Part shown: positions 40,328 to 55,089 of the stretch, in pieces | How the letters are laid out: each line of letters starts with the position of its first letter | Numbering within the stretch: position 1 is the stretch's first letter | NCBI GenBank assembly: GCA_951406725.2 | Contig: OX597820.1 | Span: 43,462,001 to 43,526,000, forward strand | Origin: Octopus vulgaris | Lineage: Eukaryota | DNA: 64,000 nt | Reading direction: 5' to 3' | Notes under the pieces: model-generated | What the model was told of the DNA's origin: nothing | The model's input: the letters and a program-made list of their open reading frames with translations, nothing else | Database searches by the model: none | Translations under genes and position numbers: made by a program

Positions 40328-42755
40328 TATATATACATACATATATAGTTATATATATATATATATATATAGTTATATATATATATATATATAGTCAATA
40401 ATAATAAAGGGCAAAATTAATTAATTAATTAGTAATTAATAATTTTACCAAGTAGTGTTCAGTATGTAAAAGGACCATTTACGGTCAATTTAAACTTTAC
40501 TTTATATAACATTACTTTATATATACATTACTTTATATTTTTTTTTGCTGAACCCTAATTATCTATGGTAATGTTTATATATATATATATGATGGTTATT
40601 GTGTTCAACTCCGTGTAAACGTGGATCAGGCCAACCTATATCAATGACTTTCACTTCGTGACAATCCCTTATTTAAATTTATTACTTCACAAAGAAATAA
40701 TTGTTCAATATATACTTTTTTTTAAGAAAGTTTAATTTTGAGGGAAATTTATCGGTTTTTGAGGGAAATTTATCGGTTATTTCTAGTGCCTCAAGCGAAC
40801 ATCTATAACACTACTTTGGTCCGATAAATGTTAGGTTCTTGTTGTTGATTAGTTCCATAGCAGTTCCCATCAAGTAATCCAGTGGCACACTAATAACCAA
40901 CTTGCTAATGATGAAGAATTACACATAAATACGAGAGTTTGCTGAGATCCCAGAATTTAAGGGAATTGCGAAAGGCCTGGAATCACTCACAAACTTCCTA
41001 GTTCTTTTACTGGGCTTAGAAAAACTTTAGAACTGCAGCGAGGGAAATATGTTCAATAAAACCATAATTAACTGATCCTTGTGCATTTTTTTACCCAAAT
41101 CCAAGAACATTTCTACACCCCCGCGTGCATGTATATATATGGGGTGGGGGTGAAATGTACTGATCAGTGGAAGTAAAGAATCTTAACTATGGCAGGCCAG
41201 AAAAGCAAGTAATCATATATAAATAAATGTTTTAAATGTATCTCACTGAAGGAAACTCGAGCTTCCTGTAATATATGTTTCTAACAAGGTCTCAATTCGG
41301 GTGCAAAGTTTTTTTAGTTGATTAAATCAAAATTTCACAACTTCACTTAACTTCACTTTAACGAATCGATTGAAATTCAGATTTTACTTGATGCGATAAG
41401 AACTTAGAATGAAACAATATTTTTCTAGATACTTTAAGAATTTTGACACTCTAATGGCATCAAGTTTCAAAATTTCAACGTTATATTGAAATTTTATTGT
41501 ACGCATAATTTGATGTCATGTAGAAGCTACCATACTTATTTTCCCCGGAGGGAAAAGCAAAATCATCACTAGCACCTCATGGACTAAGTAGGTTACGAAA
41601 TTTACTGACACCATACATGTGTGCATGTGAGTGTGTGTACGTGTGTGTGTATGTGTGAATGTACATCTGTGTTTGTGTCTGTGTTATTTGCGGTACCATT
41701 GAAGTCGCCATGCTAAAACATTGATGTCTTAATATTAACGTTGCAAAGCATGCAACTCGGCCATATATACTACCATATTTAGACTGTTTCGTAATTTAGT
41801 CCTCTTTGGAAAATAAAATTTTATGTACTTATTTAGTTATTCATACACTAATTTCTTTATCAATATTATTCCTTGTTTAGTATTATTTTCTGTTTTTTTT
41901 CCTTTTTTTGTTTTCTTTTTCATTTTCACTAATACGATTTGCACAGAAATGCTTTTAACACCCCGCCCTGGAATAATTTCAAAGAAATTAATGACTTGAA
42001 AAATATATAACGCAAAATGCTTCCTTATACTTTCAGCCTAACGTTTAGAAATGGCAGAGAAAAATGAAATAAATTTTAAAACATGAAACGAAAATTGATA
42101 ATAGACTTGCCGAAGTCCGAGATCTTTGTAATTAATCATGATAAATTTCTTTCTAGATTACACGAAAGTGACACAGACATCGTAACAGATTTCGGTGAAA
42201 AGAAAATTTAAATATCCAATTAAACTCTTATGATGTACCAGACGTCATGAATTTGCAACGAGAAGGTAAAAAAAAATAGTGTTTATGAATTACGATGATT
42301 GCTATAGGTTTTCAGCAGACTTTTATGTATTTTTCTTATTGCCTGTGTGCTTCTATTTTATGTGTATGAATCTGTACACACACACACACGCTAACAGAAA
42401 CGTACACACATATGCACGAGCGGACACACACACAAATGCACTCAAACAGAGACGCACACACACACACACATACACACAAATATGCATATATATATATATA
42501 TACTTGCATAGATATGTGTAGAGTTAGAGCGTCAAACGTAGGGAGCGAAGGAGTAAGTAATTGCGTATGTACATATATATCTGTGCGTTTGTGTGGGTGT
42601 GTGTATGTGTATATAATGTGTATACATAATACATACAGACAGTTATAGTCATATTTTACGCATATACATACATTAACATTATTAGTGATGTCTGTATGTG
42701 TATATATCAGTATATTTACCTTGTATATATTATAGCCTTATTACTTGTTTCATTG

Positions 42756-42806
<51 letters not shown>

Positions 42807-42827
42807 GTGCGTGTGTGTGTATGTATA

Positions 42828-42872
<45 letters not shown>

Positions 42873-42874
42873 AG

Positions 42875-43310
42875 TCTTTTACTTGTTTCAGTCACTTGAC
42901 TGCGCCCATGCTAAAGCATCGCCTTTAGTCGAAGAAATCGACCCCAGTAGTTATTCTTTGGAAGCCTAGTATTTATCCTATCGTTTCTCTGGTCGAAGCG
43001 ATAAGTTACGGGGACGTAAACACTCCAGCATCGGTTGTCAAGCGATGGTTGGGGGACAATAACAGGCACACAAATACACACACACAAACACACACACACA
43101 CACATGCACACACACACATACACAAACACTATGTATATACACACATGATGGGCTTCATTCAGTTTCCCTCTACCAAATCCACTCACAAAGCTTTGATCTC
43201 TCCGAGGCTATAGTAGAAGTCACTCGGTCAACGTGCCATGGAGTGGGACTGAACCCGGAAACATGTGGTTGGGAAGCAAGCTTCTTTCCACACAGCAACG
43301 CCCGCGCCAA
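42875..43310 (-). mobile_element. SINE family B, near full length
   Basis: Minus-strand head GGCGCGGGCGTTGCTGTGTGG...CCGGGTTCAGTCCC (A/B box), internal (TG)n, body ending ...TGACTGAAACAAGTAAAAGA. Confidence 0.85.
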
Positions 43311-43514
43311 TGTGTGTGTGTGTTAACCAGGCACGAATATATTTTCACTCAGGCGTATGTATAACGGACATAGACGAACATATCCTAAAACTCATGTAAG
43401 TATAGTTACCTATGTATCACCCGCTCGCTCTCTCTCTGTGTCTGTATATACATATATATATATATGCATATGTGTTTGCGCGTGCGTGTGTGTGTACCTA
43501 CATATATATATATA

Positions 43515-45190
43515 GTCCAGCCGTATTCAAATAATTTTCCTCTTATAACGCTACACCTCTGATATTAGTTTCGCTGCTAAAAAATATCACGGTACCCCCT
43601 CCACCTTCTTCTTCACAGCTATTTCTCTACTGCCGGTAGTTTTGTACCTTGCAAGTGCTTCCGTTTTGGGGAATCAATTTCATTTCTGCGAAAGCCAAGC
43701 AGGGTAGTTTTCTGATGTCCACCACTCCCTGAGAACATGCAAAAACAGGTTAATTCGATGAGGTTGAAAATGAATGTCTTGCATCAGTCACCGACGATCA
43801 ACATTCTTTCTGTTGCTTTTCTATTTAGTCACAAGGCTACCGCTGTATATTTTGGGCGAAAATCGTGAAGATTAATTCCTTTGGATTTCTTTCATCCACA
43901 GAGCTCCTGGTTTACCTCCTTCACCCCACTACAGATTTTTTCCAGACGGACTCAATATTTTCTTGTGAAGGAACATCTATAACACTGATTACTTGTCTTG
44001 TTTTGTCCTTGTAAAGTGTTTCCTGGTTTCGGAAATGATTTTTATTTCAGTTACTCTGCTCCTTTCTTGCCGTTCATCACTGACAACTTGAAGCTCCTGT
44101 TTGAGGGGGATGAGTTGGTAATCGAGAATTTCTCTTTTTACTATTTCTGAATACCACTTCTATCTTTTTTGGTTTTTTAGCTTTGTGTTGGCGAGACCAA
44201 TTGTAATATACTTGTTTTGCCAACAATAATTGGTGTCACATGGTTTGATAGATTTTTGTGAATCAGCAATTTTTCTTTCTCATTTCAAAACACATTATTG
44301 GATTTTTTTCATCATTGTTTTGGCTTTGTTTACTCTTGGGTATCTTCTACGTATTTCTTTGCAGTGGTTAACAGAGTGTATAAACAAACGTTAATCAGTG
44401 TGAATGACATTTCATTACATTGTTGCTGTAAATATTTCTCTTCAGTTTCACTAACAGTATTTAGTACCGTCTCCGTTGGTCTTTTGTATACTGTGGTAGA
44501 GAATAATTACCCTTCGAAAGAGTATTTCAAATTTAAATTAGTTTCTCTTGAAATATTTCATTAAGTTCATTTTTGCTCTGTATATATTCCTGAATATCTT
44601 TGCAATAATCATGAAGATTGTGCCAACTAGTTACTATAGTAATAACTGGAAAGTATCTTGTTGTCTGAGTTTGTGAACTACTGAACTATTAAGAGACAAC
44701 ATATCTTTAGGAATGTCATTAAATATGGTAACATCTGGTGTTCTACAAGAATCACTGTTCCAGTTTTTGATTATACGTTTGGACTAAAATTAAACCTCCT
44801 GTTTAGATAAAGTTACATCACAACCTTCTTCTGGTGTCCAACAAATGTTGCCTATTGACGTAGTTGTTTTTATTTTTTTGTAGAAGAATTCATCACAATG
44901 TTTTTATCTATTTATATACACAACAGAGATATTTTGTTTTAGCCTTTTATATCAATTAAATAAATTATTAGAAATATTGAATTTCTAAATGTCTCAACGA
45001 GACATGAGCGGTGGTGGAGAGATAGAGTGGTTGTATAAAGTCAACATAACGTGACAGTCCCGTAGAGGGAATTACACCACCGCTACATAGCCCTAGGAAG
45101 CATAAACGCTTCTTGTCGGCTTTGACACATTTCCTGTGTCCTTATATTCGCAAAGGGGAGGTAAGCACCCCCACCAGCTAGGACTAAATT
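43515..45190 (-). mobile_element. Decayed RLE-type (HERO/NeSL-like) LINE with structured 5' region
   Basis: Weak motifs: degenerate N-terminal zinc finger (CDEFF...ICW) at ~44850-44900 and IELT-like RLE motif at ~43750; GC-richer hairpin-dense end at 44990-45190. Confidence 0.3.
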
Positions 45191-45539
45191 ATTATTGAGT
45201 TTATATTTCTAACAACTGTTTGTCCAGTGCTTTTGTTTTCGTGTCCAACCATGTAGATTTTAGTCACTTTCTGCACCGTAAATTCACGTTTCAAAGGAAA
45301 CTCACTACGATCTTCAATAAAAGGCTTCCCCTGTCAAAGCAAGTGAAGACATATCAGGTATTTTACTGCACTGTTAATCGTGGCTTCGATATCGTAATAG
45401 TATTCATCGTATTTGGGAGGAATATATATGTATATATGTATATATTATGTATGTGTGTGCTTGTGTATGTGTAGGTGTATTTTGCGTGCATGAATATGCA
45501 ATTCTATATATATACACATGTCTCTCTTTCGCTCTCTCT

Positions 45540-45564
45540 CTCTATATATGTATATATATGTATG

Positions 45565-45636
<72 letters not shown>

Positions 45637-45658
45637 TATATACATATATATATACATG

Positions 45659-45696
<38 letters not shown>

Positions 45697-45703
45697 TATA
45701 TAC

Positions 45704-45734
<31 letters not shown>

Positions 45735-45870
45735 ATATATATATATATATACACACACACACATATATATATATACATATAAATATACATATATAATATA
45801 TATATATATACATAGAGAAACAGAGAGAGATAGAAAGAGACAGACACACACACACACACACACACAGACG
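45540..45870. repeat. Long (TA)n-rich microsatellite
   Basis: Directly visible. Confidence 0.95.
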
Positions 45871-47699
45871 GTTTTACATATATATACATGCATATGTACA
45901 TGAACATGTTTGTGTAGGTATGTGTATGCTATGCATGAATATCTATATATGTGTTTATGAATTTTTGTCTACAACAATTTGCGCATTAATTTTACTAAGT
46001 ATTGATATTTTTGGAATTTCTTTCATTAAAATTTTGAAGCTGCTACCAGCTGGATGTCTTTTAACGTATAGAATTTAAAATTGAGTTTGTTCGAAGTTAT
46101 AAATCGTTTTCCTTTTCATGTTAGATGAATATAAGGATTCATTTTCCTGTGTATTTCTGTTTATGAGATAGACGTCTGTGTTGAATACATTTTTATTTTG
46201 GCGCAGTAATTATTTTCAGCTTGTTGAAGATATCGTTTATTGTAATTGCTTGGCTCCAGGTCATCGCTGATTGAAGAACATAATGATTAAATGCTGTCTC
46301 AAAAATAGGGTGACCATTTTATATTTTTTCAAGTGTAATATCACAAGAATCATTTTATCCAACTTTTTGTTGTTTTAAATATGTCCATTAACAAATCGAA
46401 GGATATTTGCTGTTATATTTTGCTAGCCATTCCAAAAAACACAGCTACTCTATTCTGTGGTCCTTTCATCCTTTGAGCGTGTATACTGATATTGAAAGAA
46501 CATCCAAGCCACTACACAATGTATTAGGAGTAATTTCATTTAGTGATTTAACGATGAATTCGGAATTTTAACTGAAGGCGTTTCCGTTTCCGTACTGAAT
46601 ATTACAGCAGAAGCTACTGGTGTGAGGAATTAAAACTAATATCTATTTTGTATAAAATATTCGCAGAAATATTTAATAAAGATAGATATTTTAAGTTGAG
46701 GTTGTGGGTCAACACCTTGTGCTTCCACACTTAACGACATTTGTTTTACATTTATATTAAAATAAATGCAATTATAGACATGGTAAACCCCATTTTTGAC
46801 ATTTTGTCCCTAATTTTAACCCCTGTATCTTAATTTTATGTACTTCTTATATAAATTTGTAACGTTCCATTCGCCGACTTGACGTTCCATGACCTTCATA
46901 ATATTTTGTTCTCGTTTTTATTTTAACATTATAATCCTATCATCGTAAACCTCCTTAACTACGGCTGAGTGGATTACAATTCATGACACAATGACAGTAA
47001 GTTTAATCCTCTCTAAATCTATTGATTATTTTGCGATGGTGTCTGACATAGCCAAGACATTCCTCAAACAAACCCTTTCAGTGTTCATCAGATGTATTTA
47101 TAGAAGGGATGTAATATTAAAATACTACCCGGTATGTCCGAATACGTAAGTAGACCAAAAATATGTAACTGCAGAAATGAAACATAATAAGCGACTTTGG
47201 TTCGAGACAAGAGCTTTTCAATTCGTGATTTTCTCTTATTTTAAATGTGTTGTGTTGTCTGCTATAACTAAACGTAAATTATGTTAGAACACATGCTGAG
47301 AGTCACTGTGAATATCCATTTAAACGCAGCTTCCTGCCGCGTTGCTTGATGGGATTGCTCACTTTTAAAAGGTTCTCTTTAATAATCAGTATTTTAAAAC
47401 ATTGTAAACAATAGCAGCAAATAAATTGTTTATGCGAAAATAATTAAAATTTTGGGGAAATTTAATATGGTATTCTTAATCGGAAGAATATTGTAAATTA
47501 TTTTCGTTCTCATCGTAATCAATATCATCGTTATTATAAACTTTACTCTCATCAACATCATTATCAACATCATCATTATTATTATTTAATCATTACTGAT
47601 ATCATAACTTTCGGCAAAAATATTCGTTTGCATTAATTTCAATTTTATTGCATGTTTTCTCTATTCTACAGACCGTAGCACCATGCACTTTTGATGAAT

Positions 47700-50450
47700 G
47701 TGCTATATATATATATTTTTTTTAATTCTCTTTTATGTATTTAATGTAATTTACGTAATATGTATACGGTGCCAAATAAACTTTAATGTCCTGGGGTCTT
47801 TCTTATATATTTATCTACATATATCTATCCAAAGTATTCGTTATTATAAGAAATATTCCTGTCTACATTTCCAATACTTCTTTACTTGGATAATTTCTCA
47901 TATCATAAATTATCATTGTAATAAATTGTTCTTCTCAATGTTCGTACATTTTCATCGTTACTTAATATATTCTACATCATTGTATGCTTTAGATGGATTA
48001 TAGAATGTAGACTACGATTTTGTACAGGAATGAAATTATTTAATCTCTTCATTTCATTAAGCTACTCAGGCACAGATGTGAGTTTGCCTTAAAATATCCC
48101 TGTTCAGTCTCTCGGTTATTTTCTCGCAGGGGTTTTCATGCCAGCATTTTATCACAATATACAGCAGCTATATTTTCAACGTATTCCCTGGCTTGATCAC
48201 AGATTCTTTTGTTTCTCCTTTCTCTTCACAGTTATCTGTCGCTTCAGTATCTGATTTTTATATTTTGACTTCCTTGAACATTGAAAAAGTTTCTCTTTTG
48301 TGCATGTTTTGTAACTATTAATATCAGTTTTCTATTTTTAATTATATTATTTTTGTAGTAGTTCTCTATATGATATTGTGCAATAGTTTTCTGCTTATGA
48401 ATGAATTCCTATTTCCTTGTATTTGGAATAATAATTCAATGCCTGCTTTGGGTAATGTATTCTAAATAAATTCTTCTTAGCATCTTTTTCAATGTAAGGT
48501 CACAAACCATTTCGAATAAAATACCCCATGCATATTACTAGAACAGGCATACTATTATTATCTATTGCGACTATTTTTGTTATTTTTTCGCGTTCAAATC
48601 AGTCATAATTTTCCATCCAGTGTATCTGTAATATTCTTCTCTAACCGTTTTATATTATTGTTCCATACTTTGTTTACACCGATTCTCTTAATTTTGATAT
48701 TCCGTTTCCCTTATTAAGAATTGTAAGATTAATCTTAATGAATTTTCTTCTCTTTATGATGGACTTGAAGCATGTTTACAAATCAATCGATGTACATTCA
48801 AAAACTACCAGAAGCAGTGTTTCTATATGTTTATCAGACAATATATGCAGATGACATGTGTAACTTAGTTCCGTTTGATTTATCATATAGAAAAATGTGT
48901 TAGCAGCAAACAAAAAGACAGAAATACTAAGAAAACTGGCATCCTTTGGGATATTCCTCTTTTAATGGAGGGTGATATTTTTGCTGCATCGGCAGAATAC
49001 TTTATCATTTACTTTTGACGTGTTTAATGTAATACATGAACACAATCTACCAGTAGTAAGAGAAAACCTTAAACTAATTAAGCTGGTCAAACTAGTATAA
49101 AACTTTCTGCTAATTAATTCATAGCATCACCAGACCGTTTCCTCCCTTTTTGCAGTCTTCGGCTATAAATTTAATCATCAGGAAATAAGTTTCATATTTA
49201 TACAAGTTTTATAGCAAAGTGTCTGCTTTTTAAGAAATAGACTTTGTTTTCACTGTACATTAAGTTGACATCTGTAACGTTATTGTATATAAGAACTAAC
49301 GGAAAGTATATTACAATTCTGCAGTTTTATGTTTTGTCGTGCAAGGAGTAATGAGAATTAAGATGACATTTTTGACAGAGAGAAAACCAGTGGATTCTTT
49401 TCAATTACTTCAATATCTTCGGTAGTACTTTATGTGTTAGTATTGAATATGTGAACTGTAAGTTACTGTCTTATTCATTCCTGTTATTTAATACTTTCCG
49501 TCTTGTGCCATATTTGGATCACTTATGTAGATATGGCCTCCCGTGATGGTGCAAGCCATATGTTAGTTGTTTCAAGCAATAGTCTTCGCGTGATCATTTT
49601 ACTCTTCTTTACACAACAAAATATTTACTTCTCTGTTTGTTGGTACTGAATTGATCTTCATTTTTATTTCAACAAGCATTTTGACTAAATCAATTTCAGA
49701 GGAGCGCAAACTTTTGTTTAAAGTATCGTTTTCCTTTTTAAGATCAGCGTATTGTTGACAATTTAGCAAGCATCTATTTTTTTCAGGCGTTAGATTTCGA
49801 TCTGCGTGTTTTTGTGCCAAGATATATTTTGTAGTATTCGTCCTATTCTTTGATTTGTGTCATTTTGCCAACGATTTCATTAAGGAATGAAGGATTTATT
49901 CTCTAATTTTACAGCCATTTTTGTACCTTTTATTTTCGACACTTTATAATATTCCTATGTAGTTGATGTCTCTGATAATTCACCTCCCTTCTTAAATATT
50001 TTGACTGCTCTATGAAATCTTTTATTTAACCAGGTGATATTGATGTCCGTGTCTGTTTTTACTATAACTACAATAGACAAGCTTATTTGTATTATTACTG
50101 GTATATTATAGTTCTGATATATCCCTGGAAATAGGTTCGTTCATCCACATAAAATCTATTGATTTTTAATTAATTATGTCCACCAAAAATGTTCTTGTTC
50201 TGTATTTCCTTCTTTACTATTTTCTATTCTTAAATCTCTCGTATTTTTATATATTTTTATACATTATTGTTCTGATTCGAATTTTTTCCCAATGTTCAGT
50301 AGATTTTTTCTAGAATTTGGTTTTGTTATATATTTGACAGGCTTCACGTGTATCGTCGTGGATTACGCTCTTATTGATATTTTGTATACTTTTGTTATTT
50401 GGTGTGTCAGGTTTCCTTATTGTCATTTTATTTTTTTCTATTTTCCACTT
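47700..50450 (-). mobile_element. Very old L1-clade LINE remnant
   Basis: Minus strand A-rich; degraded RT motifs IKRGISQRMP (cf. GIRQGCP) at ~48950 and GLHHHGR (cf. GF..GR) at ~49540; APE-like RFY at ~50150. Confidence 0.4.
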
Positions 50451-51689
50451 CTGATGGTCGATGGCACCGAGTATATATCTTCTTAACATAGCTAATACTT
50501 TGGTCTGATGTCATGTTATTTTCACACAAAATTTTACTTAAGAATAGCCGTTTTTTTTCTTTAAATTGGTGCCGAGTATAACTGCATAAACATGCATTTA
50601 GAAGAAGAACAGAAATGTATTTTTCTCGTGTTTATTAATATTTTTTTCTCTTTTTGGTGTGCGGGGTGTGAATCTCATGTTTTATTTAAATTCTTGTTCT
50701 TTTCTAACGATGATTACTTTTGCATAATATATTTTGTATTTGTGTGCATCAAATTCTATGTAAGCTTTCTTATTTTAATGGTCGAAATTCTAAATATATA
50801 TGTGGATGTGAAGTGTGTGCCGGTGTATAAATATATATATAGATTTATGTACATTTATGCATGTAAAAATATTTGTATGTCTGTATGTATATATGTAATT
50901 ATGTATGTATGAATGAATGAATGCATGTATGATTATTAAAGTATGTATGTATGTATGTGCGTATATATGTATGTATGCATGCATGCATGTATGTGTGTAT
51001 ATATGAATGAGTATGTATGTTACACATATGTATATTTATAGGTGTGTCCCATCATGTGTTGACGTATTCGTGTTCTAAAATGAACAATATACAATTGGCA
51101 ACGGAACACTTTGCATTTCCTATTCTGACGTCCTCAAAACACAAAGAATTCTACTATTCCAGTCATTGCTTCAAAAGAAATATATGATAGTTGCTATATA
51201 TTATTTTTATATTTTGTTATCGACTTCATTAAAATGGTAAAAGTCAATATATGAATATTCTCCCTCCAACCACTCTTAACGCCGCAAAGTGTTTCAAGCT
51301 GTGTGTTTTGGTACTCTTCCACTGTCTATAGTTCTAATTAGCACTTCCTGTAAACATGCGTGAGTTATCCAACCTTATTTATCACCAACACATATAACGC
51401 TCAACAAACATTCGTCATACGAAGACGTACGTTCACACACATATATAAATGCACATTACCACACATAACTATATGTGCATAAACACATGCAGTAACACAA
51501 GACATTCCACTCGCACACAAACACACACGTATGTACATGTTCATACACGCATATGTGCAGACAGCCGCATTCAACCTACAAAAGGAATTCTTTGATCTGC
51601 TTATTAAAACCATGCTATCGATACCTAATGAGACAGATTCCTGACATTTGATCAAATCATGTGTAACAAATATCTTTAGATATAAAATG

Positions 51690-51941
<252 letters not shown>

Positions 51942-53711
51942 TCAGCGCTATTTGTAAAGACGTTAATATTAGTAGTACTAAATGTATAACATCCTCACAT
52001 CGCAGTAGTAGTAGCAGCAGCAGCAGTGGTAGTAGTGGTAGTAATAGTCTTAGTAGTAGTAGTAGTAGTAATGTCACAAATCATAGGAATTATATTATTA
52101 TTTATAGTTGTTATTGATGTTACTTTAGTTGGCGTTTTTTTTTCTTATTGATATTATTATAATCTGGTTTTGGATTTATGCCTATTTTTGGCACAATTAT
52201 TAATAATACTAGTCGAGAAATCGAAAAAGCATTCATCTTTGCCATCAGTGTGCTCTAATTCTAAAGCAAATTATATCTAGAGATACAAGATTGATGGTTT
52301 TTTGTTGTTTGTCTTTATCTTATTTCTAGTATTATACAGAGGAACTGCGAGGGTGTTGGAACTTTATAAACCGTTTGAGAAGATTGTTATTCATCCCGCT
52401 GCTTTAGATTGCTACCTCGTATTCACAGCGTACGCATGTCCTATTTTTGCACCATCTATGTTGGACAGAGAAGTGGACAGACGTGGATAAAGAAGTAAGA
52501 TTTGTCTAACATCTTTAATGGTGTTCTTTCATTCATAGTCTTATATATAGTCTCCATTATATATTAAGGGAATAATTAAACGAGTACAGTTATATTTTTT
52601 CTCTACGTTATATGAACAGAACGTCTACAGAGGCGTTGTAGAATATATTTCCTGTGCTCTTAAATGATAATAATTGTAATGATTATAATATTCTTAACAA
52701 TACTTATTTTATTTCAACGAATATTAATGCTAATAATACCAATAATGAATTTATTTAAAGATTCGTTGATTGTAATTAACATCAAAACCACAAATTAAAT
52801 AAAAGACGGTAATGTTTCTGTTGCCGACACATTGTGTTGGGCCCATCTAGACCATCAGTTCAGTGTGCATCAGACGATTACAATCGCTCCAAATTAGAAG
52901 TATCATTTGATAGGTAGTGCAACTGAATACTAATTTCCTTTCGAGCACCGTCACTAAAAAGATACCAGATGGCTCTCGAAGCCCGCTTGGCAGAGAGAAC
53001 AACATAAGGAGACTACAAACAGGAAATCGTCCATACTTCTGAAGGTATTGCAGTTCGTTACAGTTCAAAGCTTTTCAAAGAATGCTTCATTGCATACAAA
53101 TATTTTAGAAGCCACTGATCACTGGTACTTCAAGAAGATTGCCGAGTAAAAAAAAATTATAATGAAAGGATAAAGGATAAATTTAACCTGTTTCTGAAAG
53201 TAAAACGGTATACTCTTACTCTCTCTTTTATGTGTATCGAAAGAATTCTTTTAGTGTATGTTATAGTAAAAAGTTTGTAAAAACTTTGTGACTCAGTTAC
53301 TAATTAATATTAGATTTGATCTATTTCCTCTGTGTTGATATAGTGAAGCAAAATTGATTAAGTGAAACAAGACTTAATGAGCAATTCATTTATACAAAAA
53401 TGTATGTAGAGATAAAATACAATAGCGATAAATCATGTCATAAAACTTAGGGATAGACGTAAGTGATATATAGTGTTAAACAATGTCAGATAGAGATATT
53501 AGAAATGGTCACATATAAAAGAGAATCTAAAGTACAGCAATTGACGTATTAATCTATTTCATCAGGAAGTGAAATAATTTTCAAGGCTTGACTGGCTCTT
53601 TTTTTACCGGTTCTGAAATGATGAAAGGCAAAAACGACCTCTGCGCAATTTGAGCTCATAAAGTAAAGACGGGCGAAATGCCACTAAACAGCATATACTT
53701 CTTACTATATG

Positions 53712-53945
53712 CAGTAATCTTTCGATTATTATCGCGGGTGTTACGTTCCAAACCTCACGTGATAGGTAAAAATCCACGAAGTAGAAATAGCACTATTCTG
53801 TATCCTTTTGTATTACTTTTATAATTTCTATATATTTATTTTATTATAAATGCAAAATAACAGCACGTAGTAATCAGTGCAATCTTTAATAAACACCAAT
53901 AGGTGAACCGCGATAGGTGAACCGCGTAATGGCGAAGTATTATCG
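53712..53945 (+). mobile_element. pogo/Tigger-type MITE, complete
   Basis: Left end CAGTAATCTTTCG, degenerate right end CGAAGTATTATCG+TA, internal GGTGAACCGCG repeat; homologues at 59821 and 63683. Confidence 0.7.
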
Positions 53946-54099
53946 TATATATCTTACTACAAACTCCAAACTAGTCATTGTCTTTCTGCTTCCTTATATA
54001 ATTTCTCAGGATCAACATTTGTCTCCAATATTATGTTTGCCAAGATCACTAGCCATTTAACATTCTGGGCAATATTTTGTGATTGTTGCATGAAGAGAC

Positions 54100-54600
54100 T
54101 TATGTATTAAGATTTGTGTATCGATGATATGCTTGATTATATACTTTTGAGTAATATTTCGTGAAACATTTTGCATAATATGCATCGTATGTATGTCACT
54201 CTCAACTTACTTTTGATTTTCTTTTAAAAGGCTGCATATTGAATACTTTGGTTCCATGTAATTGACACGAAGTGAATATGGATCGTCATGTCTTCAAGAA
54301 CTGCCGCTCTATCCTGGAACAATTTCATTAAATAACAACAACTGTCAGAGGTTGTATTAACAACGTAATCTCTTCGTGGTTGCTTTTTTTTTTCCACAAA
54401 TCTAAATCCACCATTTTTAACGAGAACGTCCCATTTTTAGAATATATTCATGTACATTTGTAACAATATAGCAGGGTTACACCTAAAATATATTTGATGA
54501 TAGGTATGTTCGATTAGGATCCATCATGGATTCAACAACATCGATTAGCTTGAGTGGTGGATAAATACACAATTATTGAGAGGATTTATATGATTGATAA
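54100..54600 (+). mobile_element. Possible decayed hAT transposase fragment
   Basis: Weak CxxH-like (FCII/HR) and RW.S.G-like segments only. Confidence 0.2.
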
Positions 54601-55048
54601 TAAGGTATAATTTGTGATCATCCGAATTTCAGTTTGCTCGATATATTGAAAATACCTTTCAGGATAAATAAATGAACATCAAAAGAACAAACATTTTGCT
54701 TAAGGAGGCTGTAGTGAAATGGATAACAGTATATTATAGGAAATACTATTAGATATAATTTCACTAAGCAGATGATGCTTTTATATTTTAAGCAGAAGAA
54801 CCTATAAAAGCTGGTGTTTGGAGAAATGAAAGGGAAAGTCTAACCTGTATTTTGGAAGACGCTAGTAACACCGTTTTCGGAAGATTTCAAAGCAACTTCT
54901 TACAATATGAATATACTTAAAATATACATGCATAGTGTTCTATTTAATATTTACATCAAAAACGTATTCGTGGGTTACACACCACACACATATATATATA
55001 CATGAACATATATATATGTGTGTGTGTGTATGTGCGTCGTGTGAGTGT

Positions 55049-55085
<37 letters not shown>

Positions 55086-55089
55086 TACA

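Noticed and set aside
40737-40778. 21-bp tandem duplication TTTGAGGGAAATTTATCGGTT
   Set aside because: Simple slippage duplication inside an old degenerate repeat
45045-45075. TAA...GTCCC...GAGGG resembling a twister ribozyme
   Set aside because: The intervening conserved AAGC/pseudoknot segment is missing; a simple hairpin explains it
47640-47720. Strong plus-strand acceptor TTTTCTCTATTCTACAG
   Set aside because: No convincing downstream exon or donor; such sites are common by chance in AT-rich DNA
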